From a virus (taxonomy: Duplodnaviria > Caudoviricetes): DNA of 32,019 nucleotides. Positions 9,269 to 18,409 of the stretch are shown here, in pieces (the first letter of the stretch is position 1; every line of letters starts with the position of its first letter). The translations under genes and the position numbers were made by a program. The stretch covers positions 1 to 32,019 of the IMG/VR virus record IMGVR_UViG_3300028025_004965; one strand, given 5' to 3'. The notes beneath the pieces are model-generated. The model worked only from the letters and a program-made list of their open reading frames with translations. It did no database searches and had not been told where the DNA came from.

Positions 9269-9943
9269 CTATTTTTTGCTTTCTATGTAATTTATTATCT
9301 TATCAATATCCTCATTTCTATGGTTGATGGTTAGAGTGCTATACCCAACTAGACCAGAATCCTTAAGGAGTCTTACCTTGCTTAGGCAAGAGTCTTTCAC
9401 ATCTATCTGTTCTTCGGATCCTGTGAATATGAGTTTACTGCCTTTACACAGCCTTGTTAGAATCAGTTTGAAGTCATGGTAGTTGATGTCCTCAAACTCG
9501 TCTATTATAGTGACGCTAGTAGCCTGGTTCATACCTTTCATGTAATCTATAGGTATGATCTGTATAACGTTATCTGAAAATAGCTTGTCTATCTTCTCTC
9601 TGTTGTAACAAGCATACATATTCTGGACTATCGGCATAACGTGCAGGCTCAGCTTCTCACTTATGGTCCCCTTCAGGTACCCTGTAGCTGTGAAGTCTAT
9701 GGGCCTAGATATGTATATCTTATCTATGCCGTTATGTTTCTTGAATAGCAGGTCCAATGCTATTTGACAAGCGGAGGCCGTCTTTCCAGTACCCCAACTG
9801 CCCAATATGATGTTTACATCTTTCTCATAGATTAACTGTTTTACAATCTTCTGCTCTTCGTTGAGCTGGAGATTGAACTTAATTGGGCTCTTAGGAACCT
9901 TTTTCTGGTTGTAGACTGTGTCGTTGTGATGATTAGACGTCAT
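9269..9943 (-). CDS. phoH: PhoH-family ATPase (divergent motifs)
   Basis: LNEEQK, Walker A GSWGTGKT, ISRP, GYLKGTISEK, Walker B IIDE, TRLCKGSKLIFTG..EQID and NHR follow the PhoH motif order. Confidence 0.85.
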   Translation of the reverse strand: MTSNHHNDTVYNQKKVPKSPIKFNLQLNEEQKIVKQLIYEKDVNIILGSWGTGKTASACQIALDLLFKKHNGIDKIYISRPIDFTATGYLKGTISEKLSLHVMPIVQNMYACYNREKIDKLFSDNVIQIIPIDYMKGMNQATSVTIIDEFEDINYHDFKLILTRLCKGSKLIFTGSEEQIDVKDSCLSKVRLLKDSGLVGYSTLTINHRNEDIDKIINYIESKK

Positions 9944-9998
9944 GTTTTGATTGTTTTATTATGCATAGACAATATTACAATGCCTACCGGCATTCGGA

Positions 9999-10006
9999 TA
10001 TAAATA
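9999..10006 (-). promoter_or_regulatory. TATTTATA motif upstream of phoH
   Basis: Exact octamer 56 nt from the ATG, followed by the hairpin AATGCC-N4-GGCATT (9979-9994). Confidence 0.55.
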
Positions 10007-10029
10007 TGATTATATATGACCCTGTACCA

Positions 10030-10037
10030 TATTTATA
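10030..10037 (+). promoter_or_regulatory. TATTTATA motif upstream of the lone plus-strand gene
   Basis: The motif flips strand together with the gene and sits 25 nt before the ATG at 10062. Confidence 0.6.
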
Positions 10038-10061
10038 CATGAATATTTACATAATTTAGCA

Positions 10062-10553
10062 ATGAAATCATACAAGAATTTAACATCCGAAAATTCATCT
10101 GAATCTATTAAAGGGGGCGGTCCAAATAGGAATTTAAATATAATGTTGGAATCTAAGGTAAAATCTTTTTTGAAGAATCCCAAGGTTTCTAAAGATGATA
10201 AAATGTTTTTGCTTACTGAGATGAAAGATATGGGAGTCGATGTTAAGAGGTTCTCAAAGAAGGGAGATGCAGAATCTAAACTATCAGAACAGGCTGTTGA
10301 TAAGGACAAGTTGATAGCTGAGTTGAGGGCTGATTTGCAAAAGGCGCAAGATCGCCTTGAATATATTGAAAATAAATATGAAAGACAACTTCAAGGATTA
10401 AAATCTGGTCTGGTTTCTAAACTGCAACAAGATTTAAAAATGGAGTTAGACGGTATAGAGTCTATTGCAAAGAGGCTAAAACCAGAAGACAGTGTTAGTT
10501 TAAGCATGTCTGTTAGCAATATGAATCAGATATTGAACATGCTAAAGAAATAG
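10062..10553 (+). CDS. Hypothetical coiled-coil protein (163 aa), only credible plus-strand gene
   Basis: Fills an otherwise empty 660-nt gap. K/E/L-rich heptad pattern and its own upstream motif. Confidence 0.8.
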   Translation: MKSYKNLTSENSSESIKGGGPNRNLNIMLESKVKSFLKNPKVSKDDKMFLLTEMKDMGVDVKRFSKKGDAESKLSEQAVDKDKLIAELRADLQKAQDRLEYIENKYERQLQGLKSGLVSKLQQDLKMELDGIESIAKRLKPEDSVSLSMSVSNMNQILNMLKK

Positions 10554-10604
10554 AACTCTACCCCTTCCTAATATCTCAAGCATCTCTATTCTCTATGAAG
10601 ACAA

Positions 10605-12164
10605 TTATGTAAGAGTCATAACATATTTTATGGCTCCACAGTCCCATATCCTATCGTATCCTAGGTCGTATAGATTCTGAATCTCAGTTTTCTTTGGATC
10701 TCCTCCTAGATATTTAACGATTCTTTTTTTGTTGAATGTGAATCTGTGATAGCGCTGTCTGTGGTTTTTCAATACCCAGTATGTAGGAGGGTTTATCTTG
10801 TCCTTTTTGAACCCAATCTTATCATACACGGTTTCCCCTAGAGTCGTGGTGTACCTCCTATCTGCGAAGCTGAATATTGATTTCGGGCTGTAGGTCTTTA
10901 TGAAATACGATAGCAGTTTTGAGGCCGCTCCCACCACATTAGTAGATGATGCGAATCTAGACAGCTCATACGACCCATTTAGCTTGCCCTTGTCGCCCAT
11001 TGTTATCTTGGGACGTCCGAATGTCATCACTGATACTAATACGCCGTTGTAGTGCAGTCCTAGGCATATTGGAGAGGTGTCCTTCGCTTGTATGTGATGG
11101 ATATCCAGGAAATTATTTTTGTCAGATAGATTTATCTCGCTCACGACGCACTTCCTAGCGTATATCCGGTCTTTGTTTAGCCTTAGAGCATTGACTATCT
11201 TGTTCTTTACGATGTCTTTTTTGTTTATCCAGTCATCTTCGAATATAGTAATGAGCCTAACTCCGGCTTCCTCACACTTCTCTAGCTTAGACAGGTGATA
11301 CCATTTATCCTTTTTACCGAATTTCTCAGAATGCCAGGCTAGCCCGTTATACTCTATAGCTAGTTTATGGTCTGCAATATAGAAGTCTAGCTCCATTGGG
11401 TTTATAACGGTTCTATCTGATTGCTTATAGGACACTCCTAAGGACTTTAAGAAGTCTCTCAGCTCATTCTCCTTGTTGCTTACCTTCTTTATCTTGTTTA
11501 TAGCGACTCTGTTAAGCTCATACTGCTTTCTATGGATGTCTACTTGGTCTTTAGACAGGGTTTTGCTGTTGGGGTATTTATCCCTATACTGGATTAGGGT
11601 TATACCATGGGTGTTCATGTGAGTCTCAGTCAGCTTTTCATATCTCTTTTTACATATCTCACAGGTTGTGTATGAAGCCTCCCTGGTATTGAATACTGCT
11701 TGTCTGTTGGAGTCTTTGTTGTTGTGTGAGAATAGGATGCTCTCGTCAGGATACTTTATGACGTGGTCTGAGGTCTCTATGCTATGCTCTTTCTTTAGGT
11801 GCGAGGTTATGCATCCTGATAGGTTCTTTACATCTACAGTGCTCCACTGACAGTATTTGCAGTGGTATTTGGGTTTGGGAGATTTTGGGTTGAGTATTAC
11901 ATCGAAGTAGTCAGCTACGGAGGTCATTTCATGGCCCATAGATCGTACATGACGGGTTAAGACTCCTGAGTAATTCTTGTGGTCTTTGTATACCTTTCCG
12001 GTAGATTTACAAACGGCTATGAGGCCATCATCCTGCTTATCCTTTGCCTTGGTTCTGATAGCTATGTTGTCCTTATTGGATAGTTTGCACTTGTTGGAGC
12101 AAAACATCTTCTGCCTCTTTGACAATTCTGTACCACACTCCAAGCACTTTTTATCTTCAGCCAT
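10605..12164 (-). CDS. Hef-like homing endonuclease: N-terminal Zn fingers, Vsr/DUF559-like nuclease, C-terminal GNAT/Mom-like region
   Basis: CLECG...FCSNKC, CKYC...H...H and CEIC...H...H fingers. S..ENEL...ELDFYI..HKLAIEYNGLAWH...LITIFEDDW nuclease signature. IYARKC...YELSRFAS..VVGAASKLL..SFADRR...RIWDCG tail. Confidence 0.8.
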   Translation of the reverse strand: MAEDKKCLECGTELSKRQKMFCSNKCKLSNKDNIAIRTKAKDKQDDGLIAVCKSTGKVYKDHKNYSGVLTRHVRSMGHEMTSVADYFDVILNPKSPKPKYHCKYCQWSTVDVKNLSGCITSHLKKEHSIETSDHVIKYPDESILFSHNNKDSNRQAVFNTREASYTTCEICKKRYEKLTETHMNTHGITLIQYRDKYPNSKTLSKDQVDIHRKQYELNRVAINKIKKVSNKENELRDFLKSLGVSYKQSDRTVINPMELDFYIADHKLAIEYNGLAWHSEKFGKKDKWYHLSKLEKCEEAGVRLITIFEDDWINKKDIVKNKIVNALRLNKDRIYARKCVVSEINLSDKNNFLDIHHIQAKDTSPICLGLHYNGVLVSVMTFGRPKITMGDKGKLNGSYELSRFASSTNVVGAASKLLSYFIKTYSPKSIFSFADRRYTTTLGETVYDKIGFKKDKINPPTYWVLKNHRQRYHRFTFNKKRIVKYLGGDPKKTEIQNLYDLGYDRIWDCGAIKYVMTLT

Positions 12165-12197
12165 CTTTTACTCCTGTTTAGGGTTTATTTAATGTTC

Positions 12198-12227
12198 CAA
12201 ATGTATGCATTTTTCGCATAAGGCAAA
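12198..12227 (-). promoter_or_regulatory. Bacteroidota-type housekeeping promoter (TTTG-N18-TACATTTG) upstream of the Hef-like gene
   Basis: Minus strand reads TTTG CCTTATGCGAAAAATGCA TACATTTG, 34 nt before the ATG. Matches the -33 TTTG / -7 TAnnTTTG consensus. Confidence 0.6.
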
Positions 12228-12254
12228 CAAAAAAAGCCGGGATTTCTCCCGGCT
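12225..12254 (-). terminator. Intrinsic terminator of the major capsid gene
   Basis: AGCCGGGA-GAAA-TCCCGGCT (8-bp stem, GNRA loop) followed by TTTTTTGTTT, 25 nt after the capsid stop. Confidence 0.92.
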
Positions 12255-12278
12255 AGTTTATAAAGTGTTGGTAATCAA

Positions 12279-13925
12279 CTAGATTTTGTCCAAATCAGCT
12301 ACGAATACTTTACCGAAGAACTCACTTCTGAGCATCTTCTTTGCGTAACGGCTAAGTAAGCCTTTACGTGGGGTGAAAGTTTCGGGATCATACAACAGAG
12401 GGGTCATGATCAAGGGAATGTAAGGGCAGAAAGCAGCACCGGTCTCAAGGAACTGGCTACCTTTGAAGGCCAACAGTACAGTGTTCTCATCCATGTATGG
12501 GTTAACATACACTTTGTAACGGCTGTTTAACTGACCAGCTTTATGAGAGCCCATTGCAAACTCTTCGCGGCTACCATCGGTATCAGCAGCATATCCAGGG
12601 ATAGACTCGATAATGGTTGCAACGCTAGGGCCTACCATGATTACGTTAGCTTGGCCACGTAAGGTCTTCTTATGAATGGTACGAGCTACGCTTTGGATTT
12701 TAGTACCCAATGTAGCGAACCACTGACCTTGTGTGTTGTAGTAACCGCCAGTAGAACCAGCAGATAATACGCTCCAAGTGTTGGTGCTCTTATTGTAGAA
12801 TGTGTTAGACTGTGCAGACCATACATCGGTAGTGTTTGCATTAGACAACAGCATGTCGATAATCTCAAGATCAATCTCCAAAGAGATGTACTCAGAAAGG
12901 GTTGAAGTCAACTCAGCTTCAGCATCCATAGACTGGTAAGCATTCAGGTCTTGGCTGAATTCCGGAGTCCATTTAGCTTTCAGTTTACGAGTTTTAGCAA
13001 CAACGGGCTCAGAGCGAAGCTCTACGTTGATTTCAGGGATAGCAGCAGATCCAGTTAATGGACGAGTGTTGGTATCTTCGAAGTCACCACGATCGTTGTC
13101 TTTAGGTTGTTTCTGATAGTAAACAGAAGCAGACAGGCTAGAGCTAGTTGCGAAACCGCCAGAGCCGCTAGCAACGAAAGTAAGGATGTCAGAAGTAGCA
13201 TTGTAAGTAGTGAACTCAGCGAATACGTTAGACTCGTTGAAACCGCTACCAGTAATCAAGAAAGCACGTACACCGTTAGTGTCAAGGCTAGGAAGAATTA
13301 CAGAAGCGTTTACAAGGCTAATCTTACGCAGTTTGTCAGCAGCTGCAGATGCACTAAAGTTAGCTTTGAAGTTAACGTCAGCATAAGATGCAGTAGTGAT
13401 TGCCATTGCAGCAGCACCGCTATACTCATTGATGCTATATCCGAAACGACCAGCGCCATACAGACCACCGAAAGGATCGGTATCTTTTACATTGGTAGTA
13501 CCGTACATGCTAGCACCGGTAGTGAAACGAGCACCGCCGTTCATGCCTTCAGGTTGGTTGTTACCATACTTGAATTCTAAGAAGAACACAAGTCCTGCAG
13601 GGAGAGTCATAGGCTGTACGCTAACGAATTCTTTAGAAGAAATCTCAGCGAAGATCTTACGAACTAATGGGAGTGCAACACCGGCCCACTGCTCACCTTG
13701 ACCTGCTACGAAAGTACCGCCGGTACCTGTTTGAGATCCTTCAATTACAAGCTGCTTAGCTTGGTTTTCAAGGATGATTGCCATCCTTTCTTGACCATAT
13801 GCAGATTTCTCCAGGTCTTTGCCTGCGAGTAAACCTGTCTTGCCCCACTTCTTGACAAGGCGCTGTGCCTCAGTCATCATAGAAGCGTATGGATTGGCAG
13901 ATTCCAATAGAGATTGTACGTTCAT
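12279..13925 (-). CDS. gp23: Major capsid protein, T4 gp23-like
   Basis: LPLVRK, VSVQPMTLPAGLVFFL, VAKTRKLKAKWTPEFSQDLNA, AEAELTS.LSE.I.LEID and FCPYIPL...DPETFTPRKGL.SRYA. Confidence 0.97.
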   Translation of the reverse strand: MNVQSLLESANPYASMMTEAQRLVKKWGKTGLLAGKDLEKSAYGQERMAIILENQAKQLVIEGSQTGTGGTFVAGQGEQWAGVALPLVRKIFAEISSKEFVSVQPMTLPAGLVFFLEFKYGNNQPEGMNGGARFTTGASMYGTTNVKDTDPFGGLYGAGRFGYSINEYSGAAAMAITTASYADVNFKANFSASAAADKLRKISLVNASVILPSLDTNGVRAFLITGSGFNESNVFAEFTTYNATSDILTFVASGSGGFATSSSLSASVYYQKQPKDNDRGDFEDTNTRPLTGSAAIPEINVELRSEPVVAKTRKLKAKWTPEFSQDLNAYQSMDAEAELTSTLSEYISLEIDLEIIDMLLSNANTTDVWSAQSNTFYNKSTNTWSVLSAGSTGGYYNTQGQWFATLGTKIQSVARTIHKKTLRGQANVIMVGPSVATIIESIPGYAADTDGSREEFAMGSHKAGQLNSRYKVYVNPYMDENTVLLAFKGSQFLETGAAFCPYIPLIMTPLLYDPETFTPRKGLLSRYAKKMLRSEFFGKVFVADLDKI

Positions 13926-13946
13926 TTATTAATTGTTTTGTATTTA

Positions 13947-14966
13947 TTATTTAATGATTCCAGCTAATTTTTGCCATCTGTTAACTTGCTGATCAGCTTC
14001 GGTGATGATATCACGCTTAGTTGAGGTACCAGCAGCTTTAGATGCGAATCCGAAAGATTCTTTTAAGTTGTTTTTGGTTTTTGTTGTTTTTACACTGAAT
14101 GCTTCGCTCAGGGACTCATACACGATTTTGGCTTCTTTTACTGATGTAGCCCTATCGAATGCAGAAAGTACCTTTACTTTTTGGCCTTCGTTTAAGTTAT
14201 TGTTATGAAGAATCTTATTCAGATAGAGAAGCTTTGCGTTGATTAAGTTAGTCTCATTTACTTTCTGAGCCAGTTGCTTAGCTTGACGCTTAATTTCCTG
14301 GAGTTCTTGAGATTCTGCTTTAGGGGCTTCTTTTTTAGGTGCTTCAGCTTTAGGGGCTTCAGGAGTTTCGGCAGTTTCAAACGCTTTCATAGCTTTTTTC
14401 AAAGTGGCCATGAATTTTGCAGTAGCATCGCCTCCGGCTTCGTCTAGCTCACCTTCTTTAGCTTCGTATGCTTCGTCTGTCTCTTCTTCCTCTTCTTCTA
14501 AGTTTGAATAGTCTGCTTCAGAATCGGAGATTTCAGCAAGAAGGGCTTCCAAGTCTAACTCTTCGTCCATATCTTCGTCGCCTTCTTCTTCGCCTTCTTC
14601 TTCAGTTTCTTCTTCTTTCTTTGCTTCTTCCATATCTCCTTCTTCTTCACCTTTTTCGTCGTCTTCGTCATCGTGATCTTCTTCGCCTTCCATTTCAGCT
14701 AAGATTTCGTCTAAATCGAAAGATTCGTCTGTAGGCTCTTCTTCCTCTTCTTCGGTCTCTTTAGGCTTTTTAGGCTCTTCAGTCTCTTCGTAATCTTTAC
14801 CTTCGTCATAAGAATCTTCATCGTCAGCTTCCTGCAGCTTGGCAGCGAGCATTGATTTGATTTTAGAATCGAAGGCTTCGTTTAGGGAAGCTTTGGCGTT
14901 TTCGATAGCCAGTTTTTTGATAGCATCCGCATCTGCGATTGCTTCTTTTAGCAAATCAGTTTTCAT
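13947..14966 (-). CDS. Prohead scaffolding/core protein (gp22 position)
   Basis: Extremely acidic centre, coiled-coil ends and many L-x-E sites. Ends RWQKLAGI. Lies between protease and capsid. Confidence 0.85.
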   Translation of the reverse strand: MKTDLLKEAIADADAIKKLAIENAKASLNEAFDSKIKSMLAAKLQEADDEDSYDEGKDYEETEEPKKPKETEEEEEEPTDESFDLDEILAEMEGEEDHDDEDDEKGEEEGDMEEAKKEEETEEEGEEEGDEDMDEELDLEALLAEISDSEADYSNLEEEEEETDEAYEAKEGELDEAGGDATAKFMATLKKAMKAFETAETPEAPKAEAPKKEAPKAESQELQEIKRQAKQLAQKVNETNLINAKLLYLNKILHNNNLNEGQKVKVLSAFDRATSVKEAKIVYESLSEAFSVKTTKTKNNLKESFGFASKAAGTSTKRDIITEADQQVNRWQKLAGIIK

Positions 14967-15140
14967 GTTTTTTTCCTTAAATTTTATTATGGGATTTACA
15001 CCTATTTATCAGGTATAATTAGATTTTATTATGCAACTCTTTATAGAGCTTAAAGAGTATTCAGTGCTTAATTCTACAATAAATATGCAAGCCTATGACT
15101 AAAACTAATTTTTTTAGCACATTCGGCTAAATTTTTTAGA

Positions 15141-15767
15141 TTATTCACAAGGACAATACCCAGCATTGTTACAAATCAGGTCTCTGATTATGCTATCTAG
15201 CCTGCTCTGCTTATACACCGGTGCCGTAGATACTCCCTCATTCAGAGAGAAATTAGCCCCTTGAGTGCTCTCAAAAGACACTAGGTCAAATGTCAGTAGG
15301 TTGAAGTCGTCATTGACAGTTACTGAGCCATCACGGGCCTCATCTACACTACCCATGCCCCTTGAGCTTATGCCTAGTGGGATTTTCCTTCTAAGCAGTC
15401 CTGCAGCTATCCTTCCGGATGGGAACTCTGGTCCGTCCAATATTTCTATATCGGCTTTCACATCATCCCCATCCCAGTAGATTTTTTTTATGTTGTGAGA
15501 TACGTTTTTGAGATTGACCACATTATCTGATGCGTGGTCTAATTCTCCTAGCGCTCTGTTATGGTTTACCAGGTCGTCTGTATATCTATCGATCTCTCTT
15601 CTCAGTATATCCATGGGATACACCCTACCGTTACGATTCTTAGCATTGGCTCTTTGTATAACAGCTCCTCTTATAATCATAGGACTTCCTGAAGCAGTAT
15701 TCACTGCTTCGTTCAGTTGCTGTTTGTCTAGAACGAGCTGGTAGTATTCTAATAGTAAGTCTGCCAT
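15141..15767 (-). CDS. gp21: Prohead protease, T4 gp21-like
   Basis: NRNGRVYP, ALGELDH, VSHNI, GISSRGMGSV (catalytic Ser) and FDLV. Confidence 0.96.
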   Translation of the reverse strand: MADLLLEYYQLVLDKQQLNEAVNTASGSPMIIRGAVIQRANAKNRNGRVYPMDILRREIDRYTDDLVNHNRALGELDHASDNVVNLKNVSHNIKKIYWDGDDVKADIEILDGPEFPSGRIAAGLLRRKIPLGISSRGMGSVDEARDGSVTVNDDFNLLTFDLVSFESTQGANFSLNEGVSTAPVYKQSRLDSIIRDLICNNAGYCPCE

Positions 15768-15772
15768 TTTTG

Positions 15773-18232
15773 TTAGGGCTTTTTAATTTTCATGTTCGCC
15801 TTTATTACGCTATCAGGGATTTTGGTAATCTTACCTTTCCTCATCTGCTTATCAAAATATTTCATAGCGTCTTGAATAAGCTTTATATCCAGGTAGTCTT
15901 TTATGTAACTTTGCTTACTCAGATCTTCTATTCTTGACATTGAGCTCTTCATGTTTATGTCACTGAACTCTCCTTCTGCCATCCTTCCGCCTCTTCCCAT
16001 CAGCTTCTCAGGGTTGTATATGCCGTCGTTAGGCAGTCCGCTATTTGCATTAGCAGTATAGCCTCCTAACTGGCTTACATCTGATATCTTGTACTCGTCT
16101 GGTGCGTAGGTGTTGTACACTTTCAGTCCATCAGGTCCTAACTCAAATATCAGCTTGGATACGATACCGTTGTACTCACCACCTATGCTCTTTACAGCAG
16201 GGTCGCTACTATTTTGGTATCCCCAATTGTACCTCTTCATGTAGTCCTCTAGCTTCTTCTTCTTAACATCAGGGCCTACTACTCCTATGTATTGACCTTC
16301 TTCACCTTCACGTATCGCCTTTACGATTCTTTTACGGATATAGGCTTCTAATACACTGTCGCTGTTTTGCTCTTTAGCAGGGTATTTGGCGTTCAGGATG
16401 TCTTGTAGCTCTTTGGATGATAAGTCTAATACTTTATAAGGAGTTCCTCTCTGGTTATCAATGGTTTGTTCAAAATAGGTCATGTCAGGCTGTCCATCCT
16501 TCTTCAAGTAAATGTGCAGAGAGCCCTTCTTTCCAGGATCTCCCATTTTAATGTTATCCGGACCTTTAAATCCTACTATAAGGTCGTTTTTAGATTCGTT
16601 ATACTTTACACTGCTTATAGTACCAACTATGTCCCATTGATTATTTGGGTTATCGGCTACCCCTTTTGGAGATAGTGTGAGAGATATCCCCTTGCCTTTC
16701 AATGAATTAACCTCTGATGATTGACTAGAAAACATGTCTCTCACTGTGTCAATCACACTTTGAAATTTGGATGCCATTCCTGCTTCTGCTAACCTCTTCT
16801 GCTCGATAGCCTTCAGCTGCATTCCTATGATAGTCTTTTCTCCTGGTTTGGCTACTTCCTTCGCCTTCTCCCTTGTTGGATAAGATTTATCATCTACGCG
16901 ATTATTGTTGTTATCTACTACGAACCATCTATTGTTCTCGTAGTCTTTTATTGGAGTCAGTTGTAATCCCCCAGTCCTAACTACTGTTCCACCAGGGGAT
17001 CCAGGATATTTTGAATAGAACTTCTTGTCTGGCAATGTCTCGCTTGAGCTTCTCGTACTATATTTAGGTTTGATTTCACCTGTAGAGGCCTTCTTAATTC
17101 CACCTTCTCCTGGTTTAGATAGCGGTGTAATGCTTTTTATGCCGTATTTAGATGGGTTGGCCATTCTATCTTCAGCCTGCTTGTCGGTGAAGAAATATGT
17201 TGACTTGTTATTGCCGATTTCTACCTCGTAGGATTTTGTTTCTCCTCCGGGGCCCTTTACGGTAGGTGCTACTTTAGTAGGCGTTTTAAGTTTTTTGTCT
17301 TGATAGATATCAAAATCTGATTTCCTCATTAAGAGGACTCTATCTGATCTCAGCAATTTACCAAGGTCATCTATAGCCGTTATGTTTTTATTCTCGGCTA
17401 TTTTTTTATAATCCTCAAACTCTTTTTTAGTAAGAGAGCCAGTGTTAACATTTTTATCGTCCCTTCTTAATTCAGGTTTACCGCCTTTATCATCATACTT
17501 ATAGCTTATGTTTTTCCATAAGTATTCAACATTAGGATTATATTCCGTAGGTATAGTACCTCCCATATACTTAGATGCCGCACCAGCCTCTTCAGCCTCT
17601 TTAATAGATTTCATAGGAAGACCCTCTCCCTTCATCTTCTTGAGTCCGGCAGTTTTGCTAGTAGCCTTTTCTTGCTTGCCTAGAGTCTCCTTTACGTTAG
17701 GTGCCTCTTTTTTTTTAGTGTGAGGCTTCATCTGATTGTTAGGATCCTTCATATCAGCCTTCTTCTTGCTGATGTCTATAGGCAGATCTGTACGATTCTT
17801 TTTATCAGCTTTGTACTCGATCATCTCTAGGCGAGTATAATACATTGGGTCTTCAGCCAAATGGTCTAAGGCAATCTCCTTCGCTTTATCAATATCATCA
17901 GTGTGCTCCATCTCATGCTTCCACCCTTTGGTGAACTCATGGTAATTTACCTGGTCAGGAGTAAGTTTATCGCCCTTGCCACCTTTTAATTTCTGAGTCT
18001 TGCCCTCTTGAAGCCTTTTGAAGTTTCCTAAGAAGTCCATGGGCTTTACAGCAGTGTTATCATTAGTCTCACTAATGAATCCCTTCCCTTTTAATGTTGA
18101 TACGATGTCCTCATAGCTCATAGTATTGGTTACTACGTGTGAGAACCTCTGGTCTCTACGTACTTCCCAAAGGAATGCTTCTTTTGTTGCCTCTTGCTTA
18201 AGTACCTTCTGATAAAATTCTTGTGTTGTCAT
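15773..18232 (-). CDS. Large probable internal head protein (819 aa) with DUF5661-like motif
   Basis: KG..HEMEHTDD...AKEIALDHL.EDP.YY..L motif. K/E-rich with several (L/I)-x-E sites. Located between portal and protease. Confidence 0.7.
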   Translation of the reverse strand: MTTQEFYQKVLKQEATKEAFLWEVRRDQRFSHVVTNTMSYEDIVSTLKGKGFISETNDNTAVKPMDFLGNFKRLQEGKTQKLKGGKGDKLTPDQVNYHEFTKGWKHEMEHTDDIDKAKEIALDHLAEDPMYYTRLEMIEYKADKKNRTDLPIDISKKKADMKDPNNQMKPHTKKKEAPNVKETLGKQEKATSKTAGLKKMKGEGLPMKSIKEAEEAGAASKYMGGTIPTEYNPNVEYLWKNISYKYDDKGGKPELRRDDKNVNTGSLTKKEFEDYKKIAENKNITAIDDLGKLLRSDRVLLMRKSDFDIYQDKKLKTPTKVAPTVKGPGGETKSYEVEIGNNKSTYFFTDKQAEDRMANPSKYGIKSITPLSKPGEGGIKKASTGEIKPKYSTRSSSETLPDKKFYSKYPGSPGGTVVRTGGLQLTPIKDYENNRWFVVDNNNNRVDDKSYPTREKAKEVAKPGEKTIIGMQLKAIEQKRLAEAGMASKFQSVIDTVRDMFSSQSSEVNSLKGKGISLTLSPKGVADNPNNQWDIVGTISSVKYNESKNDLIVGFKGPDNIKMGDPGKKGSLHIYLKKDGQPDMTYFEQTIDNQRGTPYKVLDLSSKELQDILNAKYPAKEQNSDSVLEAYIRKRIVKAIREGEEGQYIGVVGPDVKKKKLEDYMKRYNWGYQNSSDPAVKSIGGEYNGIVSKLIFELGPDGLKVYNTYAPDEYKISDVSQLGGYTANANSGLPNDGIYNPEKLMGRGGRMAEGEFSDINMKSSMSRIEDLSKQSYIKDYLDIKLIQDAMKYFDKQMRKGKITKIPDSVIKANMKIKKP

Positions 18233-18259
18233 TTTTTATTTTTTTATTTTATGAGGGCC

Positions 18260-18405
18260 GTGAACTACTCTGACCTTGAAGGGTACGGAGTTTCGAGTTT
18301 CATAGACTCACCTATTGGTAACGCCTCACCTCGTTTTTGTTTATCCTCCGACTGTGTCCCGCAACCAGAGCTTAGTATATTTAATCTTCGTTTAAGAATA
18401 TTTGC
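18260..18405 (-). mobile_element. Remnant of a tnpB-carrying IS (IS200/IS605 or IS607 family): tnpB 3' tail plus right end, i.e. the omega-RNA scaffold region, with no protein gene
   Basis: A start-less frame reads ANILKRRLNILSSGCGTQSEDKQKRGEALPIGESMKLETPYPSRSE*, resembling TnpB C-termini after the DRD.NA..NI motif. Ends GAGTAGTTCAC, preceded by the imperfect hairpin ACTC..ACC..GGT..GAGT. Internal stem AGGC-G-TTACC-AATA-GGTGA-GTCT is enclosed by CGAG/CTCG. Confidence 0.7.
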
Positions 18406-18409
18406 CTGT

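Noticed and set aside
15113-15136. TTTAGC/GCTAAA inverted repeat as terminator of the protease gene
   Set aside because: Weak AT-rich stem followed by A's, not U's, on the coding strand.
18260-18405. tRNA, group I intron or simple terminator
   Set aside because: No cloverleaf, too short for a group I core, and no U-tract after the stems on the coding strand. It fits a tnpB tail/right end better.
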